Shown piece after piece: positions 1-9,270 of a DNA stretch of 28,174 nt. Position 1 is the stretch's first letter. Every line of letters begins with the position of its first letter. The stretch is taken from the NCBI GenBank assembly GCA_963788655.1, contig CAWBHS010000040.1, positions 1 to 28,174 on the forward strand. The letters run 5' to 3'. The DNA is from an uncultured Verrucomicrobiae bacterium (GTDB lineage Bacteria > Verrucomicrobiota > Verrucomicrobiia > Limisphaerales > JAFGQR01). The notes beneath the pieces are model-generated. The model ran no database searches. It had not been told where the DNA came from and worked only from the letters and a program-made list of their open reading frames with translations. A program made the position numbers and the translations under genes.

Positions 1-2
1 CC

Positions 3-449
3 AACGCGCAGGCGCTGGAAACAATCCAGCAATCCCTGGATCGCGAGCCCACTCCGGAAATGCTTGCGCACAAGGCTGAAATTGAAATCTTCATGGCCCA
101 ATACGACAACGCCCTGGAAACTCTGGCGCAGGCGTTGCAGATGAACCCCGCCTACGCCCGCGCCTGGAATGACAAGGGATACGCGCTTGAAATGCGTGTG
201 ACCGAGGACGACTGGGCGAAACTTACCGAACCGGCCGACTGCTACATCACGGCCCTTCGACTGGATCCCGATTTCGAAAAGGCATACAACAACTTGCGAC
301 ACGTCCGGGACCGGCAGCGACGCTCAAACCTGTTGCCCGACGACTGCAAGGGATTGATGAAAGCCAGGCCCTCCGCAACCGTGCAGTACCTTGATGTATC
401 GCGCACGCGCCAACTCTTATCTGAGCCGACCGGATCGCGAACGCAATGA
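3..449 (+). CDS. TPR-repeat protein, 5'-truncated N-terminal segment (frameshifts into 394..1383)
   Basis: Frame open from the window edge (NAQALETIQQSLDREPTPEM...). TPR-like helices ALETLAQALQMNPAYARAWNDKGYAL and ALRLDPDFEKAYNNL. Overlaps the next TPR ORF in another frame. Confidence 0.7.
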   Translation, partial: NAQALETIQQSLDREPTPEMLAHKAEIEIFMAQYDNALETLAQALQMNPAYARAWNDKGYALEMRVTEDDWAKLTEPADCYITALRLDPDFEKAYNNLRHVRDRQRRSNLLPDDCKGLMKARPSATVQYLDVSRTRQLLSEPTGSRTQ

Positions 450-1383
450 CGCGGAACAAGCACTCGCGCTTGCCCCCGGGAACATTGAGGCGCATGCCCG
501 GCTGGCCGAGGGTCTCCAAGGAATGGGGCGATACGATCAGGCGCGCGCGGAAACCAAATTCATACTGGAACGCGCCCCCAACAATCTGCTGGCCCACAAC
601 ATCAATGGAATGATCGCCGCCGAACTGGGTGAGTGGGACAAGGCAGAAGTGGCGGCCAACACGTTGAGCGGATTGGGGGCCGAAAATTGGGGAGGCTTTC
701 TTACGGCGCGGGTGCAAATGTACCGGGGCAAGTACAACGAGGCCGTTTCCAATTTCAAACGTTACGGGAGCCGCGACAACCTGGCCAACGAATGGGTCGC
801 CTCCTCGGCGTTGATGGCCGGCGAAGGCGCCGTCGCCGCCGGGGAAGCGGGTGACATGCTGAAACACTTTGGCGATTTCTATCCTCGCGCCAACTGGTGG
901 TTGATTTACGCGTATCTCGGCGCCCGGCTCGACGGTGATTCACAGCAAGCCGAATCGATTCTCGAACAGATTCGACACAAAGCGGATCACTGCGAATGGC
1001 CATATCCGGTGCTGCGCGTCTTCACCGGCGAGATTCCCTACGATGTGGCCATCGCCAAGTCCGAGGAGGTCGCGTTTGATGTGCTCAAGAAGATACAATA
1101 CTGGCCTCAGACCGCCTACGGCCATGAAGTCGCCGCCCGCGCGTATCTCGGAATGTTTGCGGAACTCGAAGGCGATTTCGACGTCGCGAAGACCCAGTAC
1201 CAATGGGTCATCGACCACCCGGACCAATTGTCGCTGGACTATATCCCGATGGTCAAAAAGCGTCTGCAAGGCATCGGCGGCCGGAAGAGCACCAGGAATA
1301 TTCCTTCGTCCGCGGATCCGCGTCCCACTGAAACTTCAAATCTCAACGATGGCTTGCTGGCGTGGCTTCCATTTCGAAAATGA
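394..1383 (+). CDS. TPR-repeat protein, middle segment of a TPR-LamG fusion
   Basis: TPR motifs AEQALALAPGNIEAHARLAEGL and ILERAPNNLLAHNINGMI. Ends in LNDGLLAWLPF, the usual opening strand of a LamG domain. Confidence 0.75.
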   Translation: MYRARANSYLSRPDRERNDAEQALALAPGNIEAHARLAEGLQGMGRYDQARAETKFILERAPNNLLAHNINGMIAAELGEWDKAEVAANTLSGLGAENWGGFLTARVQMYRGKYNEAVSNFKRYGSRDNLANEWVASSALMAGEGAVAAGEAGDMLKHFGDFYPRANWWLIYAYLGARLDGDSQQAESILEQIRHKADHCEWPYPVLRVFTGEIPYDVAIAKSEEVAFDVLKKIQYWPQTAYGHEVAARAYLGMFAELEGDFDVAKTQYQWVIDHPDQLSLDYIPMVKKRLQGIGGRKSTRNIPSSADPRPTETSNLNDGLLAWLPFRK

Positions 1384-1407
1384 CCTGACCGATCACGGAC
1401 CGAAAAA

Positions 1408-2286
1408 TTGCCGGCGGATATTCATGGGCAGATTCGCCTGGAGAATGGAGCCGCGCGGTTTCCCGGCGATGGAAATTTTATGGAGCTGCCGGGCGTGTCG
1501 CTGCACCGGCGGGATTTCGCGGTCAGTCTCTGGATGCGAGCCGACGGCACGAACGACACCTACAATCTTTTTTCCCAGTGGGACGACAACAAATGCGGTG
1601 AGGCGGCCTTTTTCGAAGTGAGGCAGAAGAATCAGTTACTGCTGGGATTCTACGGAGATCAGGTCATCGCACCGGTCGCCCTAGAAAGGCCGGGCGAATG
1701 GAATCACGTTGTCTTCCAGTATGAAAATTTCCGGCAAAAGATCTGGCTCAATGGCCGCCTTCTCGTGGAACACCTGTCGCAACCGGTGGAGGCGGAACGG
1801 AACCCGTGCCGGATTGGCGGCTATCCGCCGACGTGGAAAGGCCATCACGATTTCACCGGCTGGCTCCGCGACGTTCGCATTTATGGACGCGCGCTGAATC
1901 AAACCGAAATTCATCAACTCGCCGGCGTGGACCGTTTGCTTGCCGGCAAATCGGCCACCGAACCCGCCTCGAAAGTGTCCATTCCACCGTCGGTCAACCA
2001 GCGGAACCGCGCGCTCACGAAACAGGAGACGGCCGAACTGCTTGATCCCCGGCCCCTTCTCCAGATTGAGGGCAACCATCTGCGGATCAGCGGCCCGCCG
2101 GTGCAGGTCTATGAGTTGCAATTCACGCCGGATCTCAACGTCGCCTGGTCCCCCCTGATGACCTTGACAAACAGCGTGGGCGCCGTGGATTTGATCGACG
2201 AAGCCACCCTGCGGGACGGCGCGCGTTTTTACCGGGTGAAGGTTTTGTCTTTTACGCCGTTGAACCCGGCCGGTACCGCGAAGTGA
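1408..2286 (+). CDS. LamG/concanavalin-A-like domain plus Verrucomicrobia-type C-terminal domain (C-terminal part of the TPR gene)
   Basis: DFAVSLWMR, GEWNHVVF, KIWLNG and FTGWLRDVRIYGRALNQTEI fit LamG_3. C-terminus YELQFTPDLNVAWSPL...RFYRVKV. Confidence 0.8.
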   Translation: MPADIHGQIRLENGAARFPGDGNFMELPGVSLHRRDFAVSLWMRADGTNDTYNLFSQWDDNKCGEAAFFEVRQKNQLLLGFYGDQVIAPVALERPGEWNHVVFQYENFRQKIWLNGRLLVEHLSQPVEAERNPCRIGGYPPTWKGHHDFTGWLRDVRIYGRALNQTEIHQLAGVDRLLAGKSATEPASKVSIPPSVNQRNRALTKQETAELLDPRPLLQIEGNHLRISGPPVQVYELQFTPDLNVAWSPLMTLTNSVGAVDLIDEATLRDGARFYRVKVLSFTPLNPAGTAK

Positions 2287-2312
2287 GACGAGCAAAAAGA
2301 GAGGTTACCAAC

Positions 2313-2486
2313 ATGAACAAAACTGACGTTCCGATACGACCCAGTCCCGCTAGGATCTGCATCCTGACTGTAGCCATCGAATGCATCCTCATCTCTGCCG
2401 GTATATTGTCCTTTTTGACGTTTCCGATTCACGTCCCCGAAATTTTGCTTCTGGTCGGCACAGTGATGACAGCGGTTTCAAAATGA
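2313..2486 (+). CDS. small hydrophobic membrane protein
   Basis: AGAGAGG RBS-like motif ~9 nt upstream of ATG 2313. Two hydrophobic stretches. Stop overlaps the next start (ATGA at 2483-2486). Confidence 0.4.
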   Translation: MNKTDVPIRPSPARICILTVAIECILISAGILSFLTFPIHVPEILLLVGTVMTAVSK

Positions 2487-2758
2487 ACACGACCAAGAGC
2501 GCTTTGACTGCGTCCGCCGTGACGTGGCTGCTGGTCTTTCTTTTCTTTCCTGTGCCGGACGGGTTGACGCAGATTATTTACGCGACTCCGGTCGCAATGC
2601 TGGTCTTGCTCGGTTTGATTGTTACCCTGCGGTCCGGCCGGACCGCCCATTGGACGATTCGCAAACGTCGGACAGTTGTTTGGGCTGTCGCTTTGGGAGT
2701 GGCGGCCATTTCAATCGTTGGATTTCATGCCTACGTGTATTGGCGTTATCCGAGCTGA
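2483..2758 (+). CDS. small 3-TM membrane protein
   Basis: ATGA translational coupling. Three hydrophobic helices separated by PVPDGLTQ and a basic loop (IRKRR). Confidence 0.55.
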   Translation: MNTTKSALTASAVTWLLVFLFFPVPDGLTQIIYATPVAMLVLLGLIVTLRSGRTAHWTIRKRRTVVWAVALGVAAISIVGFHAYVYWRYPS

Positions 2759-2798
2759 CAGGCGCCTCGGCCTCCTTGAACACCGATCTGAGATCAAC

Positions 2799-3122
2799 AT
2801 GTACTACTTGCTTTCACATTCCACGGACCTGGCAACTGTTTGCGCCGCGATTCTGCTAACGGCAAACACCGGTGCCGCGGCGGACCCGATCACTCAAAAA
2901 TGGGGATACGCGGTTCAGTATCCAGCGTTCCATGCACCGGCATTGGGAGCCGATGGAAACATTCTGGTGGGCGCCAGCGAATGGCTTTATGCACTCGACA
3001 ACTCCGGAAACGCGATTTGGACCAACCATTTGAATCCCGCTCGACGTCCCCTTCACAAAAGGCAATTCATGACGCAAAACAATTCACTGGAGTCTATTGC
3101 TCGTGGCCAACGGGCATGCTAA
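2799..3122 (+). pseudogene. truncated secreted PQQ-like beta-propeller protein
   Basis: Signal-peptide-like N-terminus, then KW..., PALGADGNILVG...LYALDNSGNAIW (about one PQQ/BamB-type blade), after which similarity is lost. Confidence 0.5.
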
Positions 3123-3138
3123 AAAAAGCATTTATCAG

Positions 3139-4380
3139 ATGAAAGCCACCGACCAGAGACGAATCAGTCATACAGCAACCTGCCCACGCCAAGTCATTCA
3201 ATTGCTTGCCATAATTCTGGCCATGGTTGCCGCAGAATTTTCGCACGCCTCCAGCTCTGAACAATGGGATGACCGTTTCGGAGTTCCCAACTTGAACAGC
3301 CCTCCGCTTACAATCGATCGCTCCGCCAGTGGTAAGGTGGCGATCGGCGGCTATTTTTCAGGCAACAGTTACGAAAGTGGTGGCTACCTCAATGCCAACA
3401 AAGTGGCGATTTGGGACGGCCGCAAATGGAGCCGCACCGGAACCGGCGCCAACCACGGCCCCAGCGATGTCGTGCGGGCCGTTCAATGGATCGGCAATGA
3501 TCTTTATGTCGGTGGAGAATTCCTGGCGGTAAGCGGCACCCCCATGAGCCGGATTGCTCGTTGGGATGGCAGCTCCTGGCACATGCTGCTGGACGGGCTT
3601 TCGGAAGGCGTCAACGGTTACGTGTACGCCTTCGCTGAAAAAGATTCCCAGCTTTATGTGGGGGGCAGTTTCACCAGCGCCGCCGGAAAGGCGGCCAATC
3701 ATGTCGTTCGCTGGGATGGCAATAGCTGGGCCCAACTCGGACCGGGACTTTATGGCGGCACCAATCCTTTCGTGTGGGCCATTGCCGTGGCACCCAACGG
3801 TACGATCTACGCCGGAGGCCGCTTCACGATGGCCGGCATCAATTCTGCCCAATCAATCGCCAAGTGGGACGGCGGGTCATGGTCGCCCGTCGGGAGAAGC
3901 GTGGGCGGTCCCGATCCCATTGTCTATGCGATCGCGGTCGCCCCAAATGGCGACATCGTCGTCGGCGGCAACTTCACCAGCGCCGGCGGTCAACCCGCAT
4001 CGAATCTCGCGATTTGGAACGGGACCACGTGGGCGGAGCTGGGAAACGGAGTCGCTGGCGGGGAAGTCCACGCGCTCGCGTTTGAAGGAAACAAGCTGTG
4101 GGTTGGCGGCACATTTGATACGGCCGGCGGGCAGACAATTCACGGTTTGGCCACAGTGGAAAACGGGGTCTGGTCCCGTCCCGGAGGGGATGCCCTCATC
4201 AATGGCACCGGCCCCGGCGAAGTGAATTGTCTCAAAAGCACGCCCGACGGAATCTATCTCGCCGGTACGTTTACCGCCGCCGGCGACAAGACCGGGCTGT
4301 GGGGCATGGCGTACTGGGACGGCACCACATTTCACGCGCTGCATAATGGCTTCTTTCCTGGCAGTGACGCCCGCTCATGA
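3139..4380 (+). CDS. large secreted protein, N-terminal part: signal peptide plus 7 WDG-type (Rax2-like) beta-propeller repeats
   Basis: Repeating LYVGGxF...IARWDGxxW units. Frameshift near 4374 (gacgcccgctcatgaaatc) joins it to 4346..7738. Confidence 0.8.
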   Translation: MKATDQRRISHTATCPRQVIQLLAIILAMVAAEFSHASSSEQWDDRFGVPNLNSPPLTIDRSASGKVAIGGYFSGNSYESGGYLNANKVAIWDGRKWSRTGTGANHGPSDVVRAVQWIGNDLYVGGEFLAVSGTPMSRIARWDGSSWHMLLDGLSEGVNGYVYAFAEKDSQLYVGGSFTSAAGKAANHVVRWDGNSWAQLGPGLYGGTNPFVWAIAVAPNGTIYAGGRFTMAGINSAQSIAKWDGGSWSPVGRSVGGPDPIVYAIAVAPNGDIVVGGNFTSAGGQPASNLAIWNGTTWAELGNGVAGGEVHALAFEGNKLWVGGTFDTAGGQTIHGLATVENGVWSRPGGDALINGTGPGEVNCLKSTPDGIYLAGTFTAAGDKTGLWGMAYWDGTTFHALHNGFFPGSDARS

Positions 4381-7300
4381 AATCAGCGCCGCCGGTGATC
4401 AAGTCATGCTTGGCGGTGATTTTAGCACGATCGGAGGCCACAACACGCAACGCATCGCCCGCTGGGATGGTGACGACTGGCAAGTTTACGGGACTCCAGA
4501 ATCCAACGGAGTCACAGGCACGATCGCGGTCGCCGTAAATACCGTCGCAGCCGCCAAGGACGGCTCTGGCTACGTCGGCGGAGCCTTTACAACGGTTGCA
4601 GGAATCGCCGCGCAAAACATCGCCCATTGGAATGGCACCGCCTGGGAACCGCTGGGAACCGGGCTCACAGGAGGAAACAATCCAACCGTACGCGCACTGG
4701 CGCTGACCGACGACGGAGTGCTTTATGCCGCTGGTAATTTCACGACTGCGGGAGGAGAGCCCGTCAACCACATCGCGAAATGGGATGGCAACGACTGGTC
4801 CCCGCTGGGCGATGGCCTGACCTATTCGGCCGATCCGACTCGTACCCACGTTTATTCGCTCGCCTGGGCGGGAGACCGCCTCTACGCCGGCGGTGGCTTC
4901 GACAAATCGGGCCCGCTCGATGTCAACGGCATTGCGTGGTGGGACGGCAATGCGTGGCACGCGCTTGAGGGCGGGATGGCATTTTCTGGCAGCCTGGCCA
5001 CAGTGGAATCGCTTGCTGTGCGCGGCTTCGATGTTTTTGCCGGCGGAAATTTTGATCACGCCGGGACGACGGCCGCAGCCGACATTGCGCAATGGAACGG
5101 TACCGACGGTTGGCGCAACCTCAGCGACGGCTTCAATAGTTCGGTGAGTTCAATCTTGATCCATGGACAGCGTCTTTTTGCCGCCGGCAATTTCACCCAG
5201 TCCGGAACGACACCAATCCCCGGTTTTGCCGAATGGGACGGCAACGCGTGGCAGAGTGCGGGTGGCGGACTCGTCGGCGACAACGCATTCGCAATTGCCC
5301 TCGCCGCAAGTGAGACCAACCTTTACGCGAGCGGTTATTTCGAATCCGCCGGCAACGAGGTTTCGTCCCGTTTTGGCATCCTGCATTTAAGTAACGCACC
5401 GCCGGCAATCGCGTGGGTCAGTCCCGCGGCCGGGCATTATTTTGCCGATGGCTCTGACGTCCCACTGGAAGCGACCCCTTCCGATTCTGATGGCAACGTC
5501 GTCGGAGTCGACTTTTACGTGGAGGGTCAATCCGCTCCACTGGCCTCACTGACCTCGCCTCCGTGGACCTACTCTTGGCCGGGTGTCGCGTCAGGAGTGT
5601 ATCGTGTGGCCGCCCGGGTCATGGATGATTCCGGAGCCTCCACATGGTCGCTCGTGCGCAGATTTACGGTGCTTCCCCCTGGTGGAAGTATTCCGCCATC
5701 GGTCACCATGACGGCTCCTACCAACGGAGCTTCCTTCAAGATTACTTCCAATCATCTGCTGAGTGCCGATGCGCTGGATCCCGATGGCACCGTGGTACAA
5801 GTTCGCTTCTACACCGCCACCGATTTTTTGGGGAGCGTCAACTCGGCCCCGTGGGAAATGTTTTGGCCGGACATTCAACCTGGCACTTTCCAACTTCACG
5901 CCGTGGCCCTCGATGATACCGGCATGACATCGACCTCAGGGGTGGTCAACGTCACGGTCCTCCCCCCGAATCAACCACCTTACGTGCAAATTCGGTATCC
6001 GCGCGACACGGATACTTACGAGGAACCCGGGCCCGTGCTGCTGGGCGCTGATTGCGCGGACTATGACGGGCGACTCGTGTCTGTGAAGTTCCTGGTTGAC
6101 GACCAACCGCTGGAGGAGTTCACCAGCGATCTGCTCCGCTACACCTTCTATTACACTTGGGAAAATGTTCCCCCGGGCAACCATACCTTTCGGGCTGTCG
6201 CAGAAGACGACGATGGAGCCACAAACGAAGCGTCAATGCTTTTCAGCGTGGCCCCGTTCAACCAGCCGCCAACCATAACCTGGATTGGCCCCGCCGACGG
6301 TTCGACATTCCCGGCGCCCAACAGCATACCGCTAACGGTGAATCCGGTGGATCCGGACGGAACAATTGCCAAAGTCGAATGGCTGCGGGGCGACAAGGTG
6401 ATCGGGACCAAAACCAACGCACCCTGGGTGTTCAGTCTGCGCAACCTCACTCAGAACACTTACCCAATGAGCGCACAAGCGACCGACAACCTGGGCAAGT
6501 CGGCCGTCACTCCCGTCGTGTCGCTCATCATGACGAATGACCCCGCGCAAGTCCCCCGCTACCAACTGGTCGACTTGAATCCACCCGACGGTAACGGTGG
6601 CGAGGCATATGCAATCAATGACGATGGCAAGGTCGTGTTTTCGGTCTACAAGGGTCAGGACTACATGCACTCTTACCGATATTCCGACGGAGCTTTGTTT
6701 GATATCGGCGCGAATGAAAATCCCGCCATCGACCAGCCGATCTACGCCTTGGGAATCAACGATGCGGGAACCGTTGCCGGTTACATAGCGAACACACCGT
6801 GGGTGGATGAAGCGTATCAATGGACGTCCGCAAAACTGAACCGGCTGGCCTTCCTTGGCGATCCAAAGCAGTACCGGATCTACAGCCGCGCCAACGCCAT
6901 CAACAACCTGGGCTGGATCGTAGGCATTTCGGTCACCAGCAACAATGTGGACCATGCTTTTCTTTGGAAAGACGGCACCATGACCGATCTTGGCTCGAGG
7001 ACCTACACGAACAGCGAAGCCCTGGCTGTGAATGACAACGGGCAGATCGTCGGCTGGCTTTACAGCATCGGTCCGGCCGAAGCGTTTCTCTACGATGAAA
7101 AGAATGGAATGCAGCCCCTGGGATACTTGGGCGGTCTGGCGAGCAAAGCCACCGGCATCAACAATCGCGGCCAGGTGGTCGGGTCAATGTTTCCGGACGG
7201 CGAACACGAGTTTGGTTTCCTTCGCTCGGGTGGCCAGGTGATTCAGCTGGGTCTGCTGGACGGCTCCTACACCCGGCCAAAAAGCATCAACGAACGGGGA

Positions 7301-7738
7301 CAGATCGTCGGTTCGGCCGAAGACATCAATTCACGAGAACACGCCTTTCTATGGCAGGATTGCGCGATGATCGACCTCAACCAGACCATTACAAATGCAA
7401 ACTGGGAACTTCGTGTCGCCAATGCGATCAACAATCACGGATGGATCGTCGGCTATGGTTTTCGGGATCAAGTTGGGGTCGCCCGCCCGTTTCTCCTGAT
7501 ACCCGAGGACGAGTCGCAACAACTTACCGTGGGGGCGCCAATCACCTTGAAGAACGGTCGTTTCCAACTTTGCGTACCGGCCGCTCCCAACACCACTTAT
7601 CGATTGGACGCATCCACGGATTTCAAATCCTGGACGCCCGTTTCCACCAACTACGTGCCGGAGGGCGTGCTCGATTTTCGTGATCCAGACGCTGATGCTT
7701 ATCCAAATCGCTTTTATCGCGCGGTGCTGCTCCCGTGA
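4346..7738 (+). CDS. large secreted protein, C-terminal part: second WDG propeller, 4 Ig-like (Big_7-type) domains, HAF repeats, C-terminal domain
   Basis: Six to seven more WDG repeats. Four (N)xPP...DxDG Ig domains (~5395-6535). HAFLW/AINDNGQIVG repeats. Ends YRLDASTDFKSWTPV...RFYRAVLLP. Confidence 0.85.
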   Translation: MASFLAVTPAHEISAAGDQVMLGGDFSTIGGHNTQRIARWDGDDWQVYGTPESNGVTGTIAVAVNTVAAAKDGSGYVGGAFTTVAGIAAQNIAHWNGTAWEPLGTGLTGGNNPTVRALALTDDGVLYAAGNFTTAGGEPVNHIAKWDGNDWSPLGDGLTYSADPTRTHVYSLAWAGDRLYAGGGFDKSGPLDVNGIAWWDGNAWHALEGGMAFSGSLATVESLAVRGFDVFAGGNFDHAGTTAAADIAQWNGTDGWRNLSDGFNSSVSSILIHGQRLFAAGNFTQSGTTPIPGFAEWDGNAWQSAGGGLVGDNAFAIALAASETNLYASGYFESAGNEVSSRFGILHLSNAPPAIAWVSPAAGHYFADGSDVPLEATPSDSDGNVVGVDFYVEGQSAPLASLTSPPWTYSWPGVASGVYRVAARVMDDSGASTWSLVRRFTVLPPGGSIPPSVTMTAPTNGASFKITSNHLLSADALDPDGTVVQVRFYTATDFLGSVNSAPWEMFWPDIQPGTFQLHAVALDDTGMTSTSGVVNVTVLPPNQPPYVQIRYPRDTDTYEEPGPVLLGADCADYDGRLVSVKFLVDDQPLEEFTSDLLRYTFYYTWENVPPGNHTFRAVAEDDDGATNEASMLFSVAPFNQPPTITWIGPADGSTFPAPNSIPLTVNPVDPDGTIAKVEWLRGDKVIGTKTNAPWVFSLRNLTQNTYPMSAQATDNLGKSAVTPVVSLIMTNDPAQVPRYQLVDLNPPDGNGGEAYAINDDGKVVFSVYKGQDYMHSYRYSDGALFDIGANENPAIDQPIYALGINDAGTVAGYIANTPWVDEAYQWTSAKLNRLAFLGDPKQYRIYSRANAINNLGWIVGISVTSNNVDHAFLWKDGTMTDLGSRTYTNSEALAVNDNGQIVGWLYSIGPAEAFLYDEKNGMQPLGYLGGLASKATGINNRGQVVGSMFPDGEHEFGFLRSGGQVIQLGLLDGSYTRPKSINERGQIVGSAEDINSREHAFLWQDCAMIDLNQTITNANWELRVANAINNHGWIVGYGFRDQVGVARPFLLIPEDESQQLTVGAPITLKNGRFQLCVPAAPNTTYRLDASTDFKSWTPVSTNYVPEGVLDFRDPDADAYPNRFYRAVLLP

Positions 7739-7756
7739 GCATGTTGACCGCTTGAT

Positions 7757-9203
7757 TCAGTTTGCCCGCCCCGGTTCCCGGACCTGGGTGCCTTTGACAT
7801 GATTCAGATCGTCGCCCAATTCCGTTCGTTCCCGTTCGGCGGCCGTCGATAACACCGCAACAATATCCGGGTGTTCCTGAGCCACATCGTGCGCTTCGGC
7901 GATGTCCGCGTGCAGATCGTAAAGTTCCAGACCTGACGTGGCCGACGAATACTTCACCGGATGGCCATCAAATCCTCCGGGTCGACCGGCGAGCGTCCGG
8001 GTACTTGTGCGGAAACACCAGCTTCCAACGGCCATCTCCCGTCAGCACCGCCTCAAGATCATCGTGATTGTAGTAAATGAAATATTCTTCGTGCGGGTTC
8101 ACGGCGCCGGGCTGGTCCGATATGATCGACCAGACGTCCATCCCATCAATCGGGTGATCGGGTAAACGGGCACCAATCAATCCCGCAATTGTCGGAAACA
8201 GATCGATCGTCATCAACGGCTGGTTGCACACCGTTCCGGCCGGAATGCGCTTGGGCCAGCGCATGATGCAGGGCACCCGGACACCGCCTTCCCACGACGT
8301 CCCCTTCCCTTCGCGCAAAGGAAACGCGGAGCCCGCGTGGTCGCCGTAGCTCAGCCACGGTCCATTGTCGGACACAAAGATAACCAGCGTGTTGTCGGCC
8401 AGTTGATTGCGATCCAGTGCTCGCATGATTTCGCCCACGGACCAATCGAGCTCCATGATCACGTCGCCATACAATCCACTCGCGGACTTGCCCTTGAACT
8501 TGCGGGAGACGTGCAACGGCACGTGCGGCATGTTGTGCGCGACGTAGAGGAAGAACGGTCGATCGGCGTGGTCGTTGATGAACTGGACGGCGTGCTCGGT
8601 GTATTGAGTGGTCAACTGTTCCTGGTCCTCATGCTGCATCGCCGGGTTCACAATCTTCTCGTTGTGGTAAAGCGGCAGATCGGGATATGTCCCCGGCTTG
8701 GCGGTGGGATGATACGGCCACATGTCATTCGAGTAGGGCAGCCCAAACCACTCGTCGAAGCCGTGCCGCGTGGGCAGGAACTGAGGGCGATCGCCAAGGT
8801 GCCATTTGCCGTAGATTGCGGTCGCGTAATCCCGCTGTTTCACCAATTGCGCGAGCGTCACTTCATTCGAACTGATCCCGATCTTGCTTTTCGGGCCGAG
8901 GGCTCCGGAAAACCCGATGCGATTGGGGTAACACCCGGTAAGCAAGGCCGCCCGCGACGCGGAGCAAACAGCCTGGGCCACGTAGAACTGGCGGAACAAA
9001 CGTCCCTGCGCGGCAAGTCGATCGAGGTGCGGCGTCTTGAAACCACCGGCGCCAAAGACACCGACGTCTGCGTAACCCTGATCATCGGTCAGAATTAAAA
9101 CGACGTTCGGCGGACGGGCCTCCGTCGCAGCCCTGGAAACCTGGCAACCAAAGGAAGTCAGGATCGCCACCAGCAAGAATCGCAAACACAGCCTTGAATT
9201 CAT
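7757..9203 (-). CDS. sulfatase (arylsulfatase A family, S1 formylglycine-dependent), one apparent frameshift near 8000
   Basis: [32 protein letters not shown]. The C-terminal ELYDL..DIAE lies in ORF 7757..8035. Removing one base in GGG 7999-8001 restores FPHKYRTLAG. Confidence 0.9.
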
Positions 9204-9270
9204 TTGGATAGTATCCCTTCTCAAACGGTTAACGGAAAGTTTCAAATTGCGCCACCGCTACTGCCGCCGT

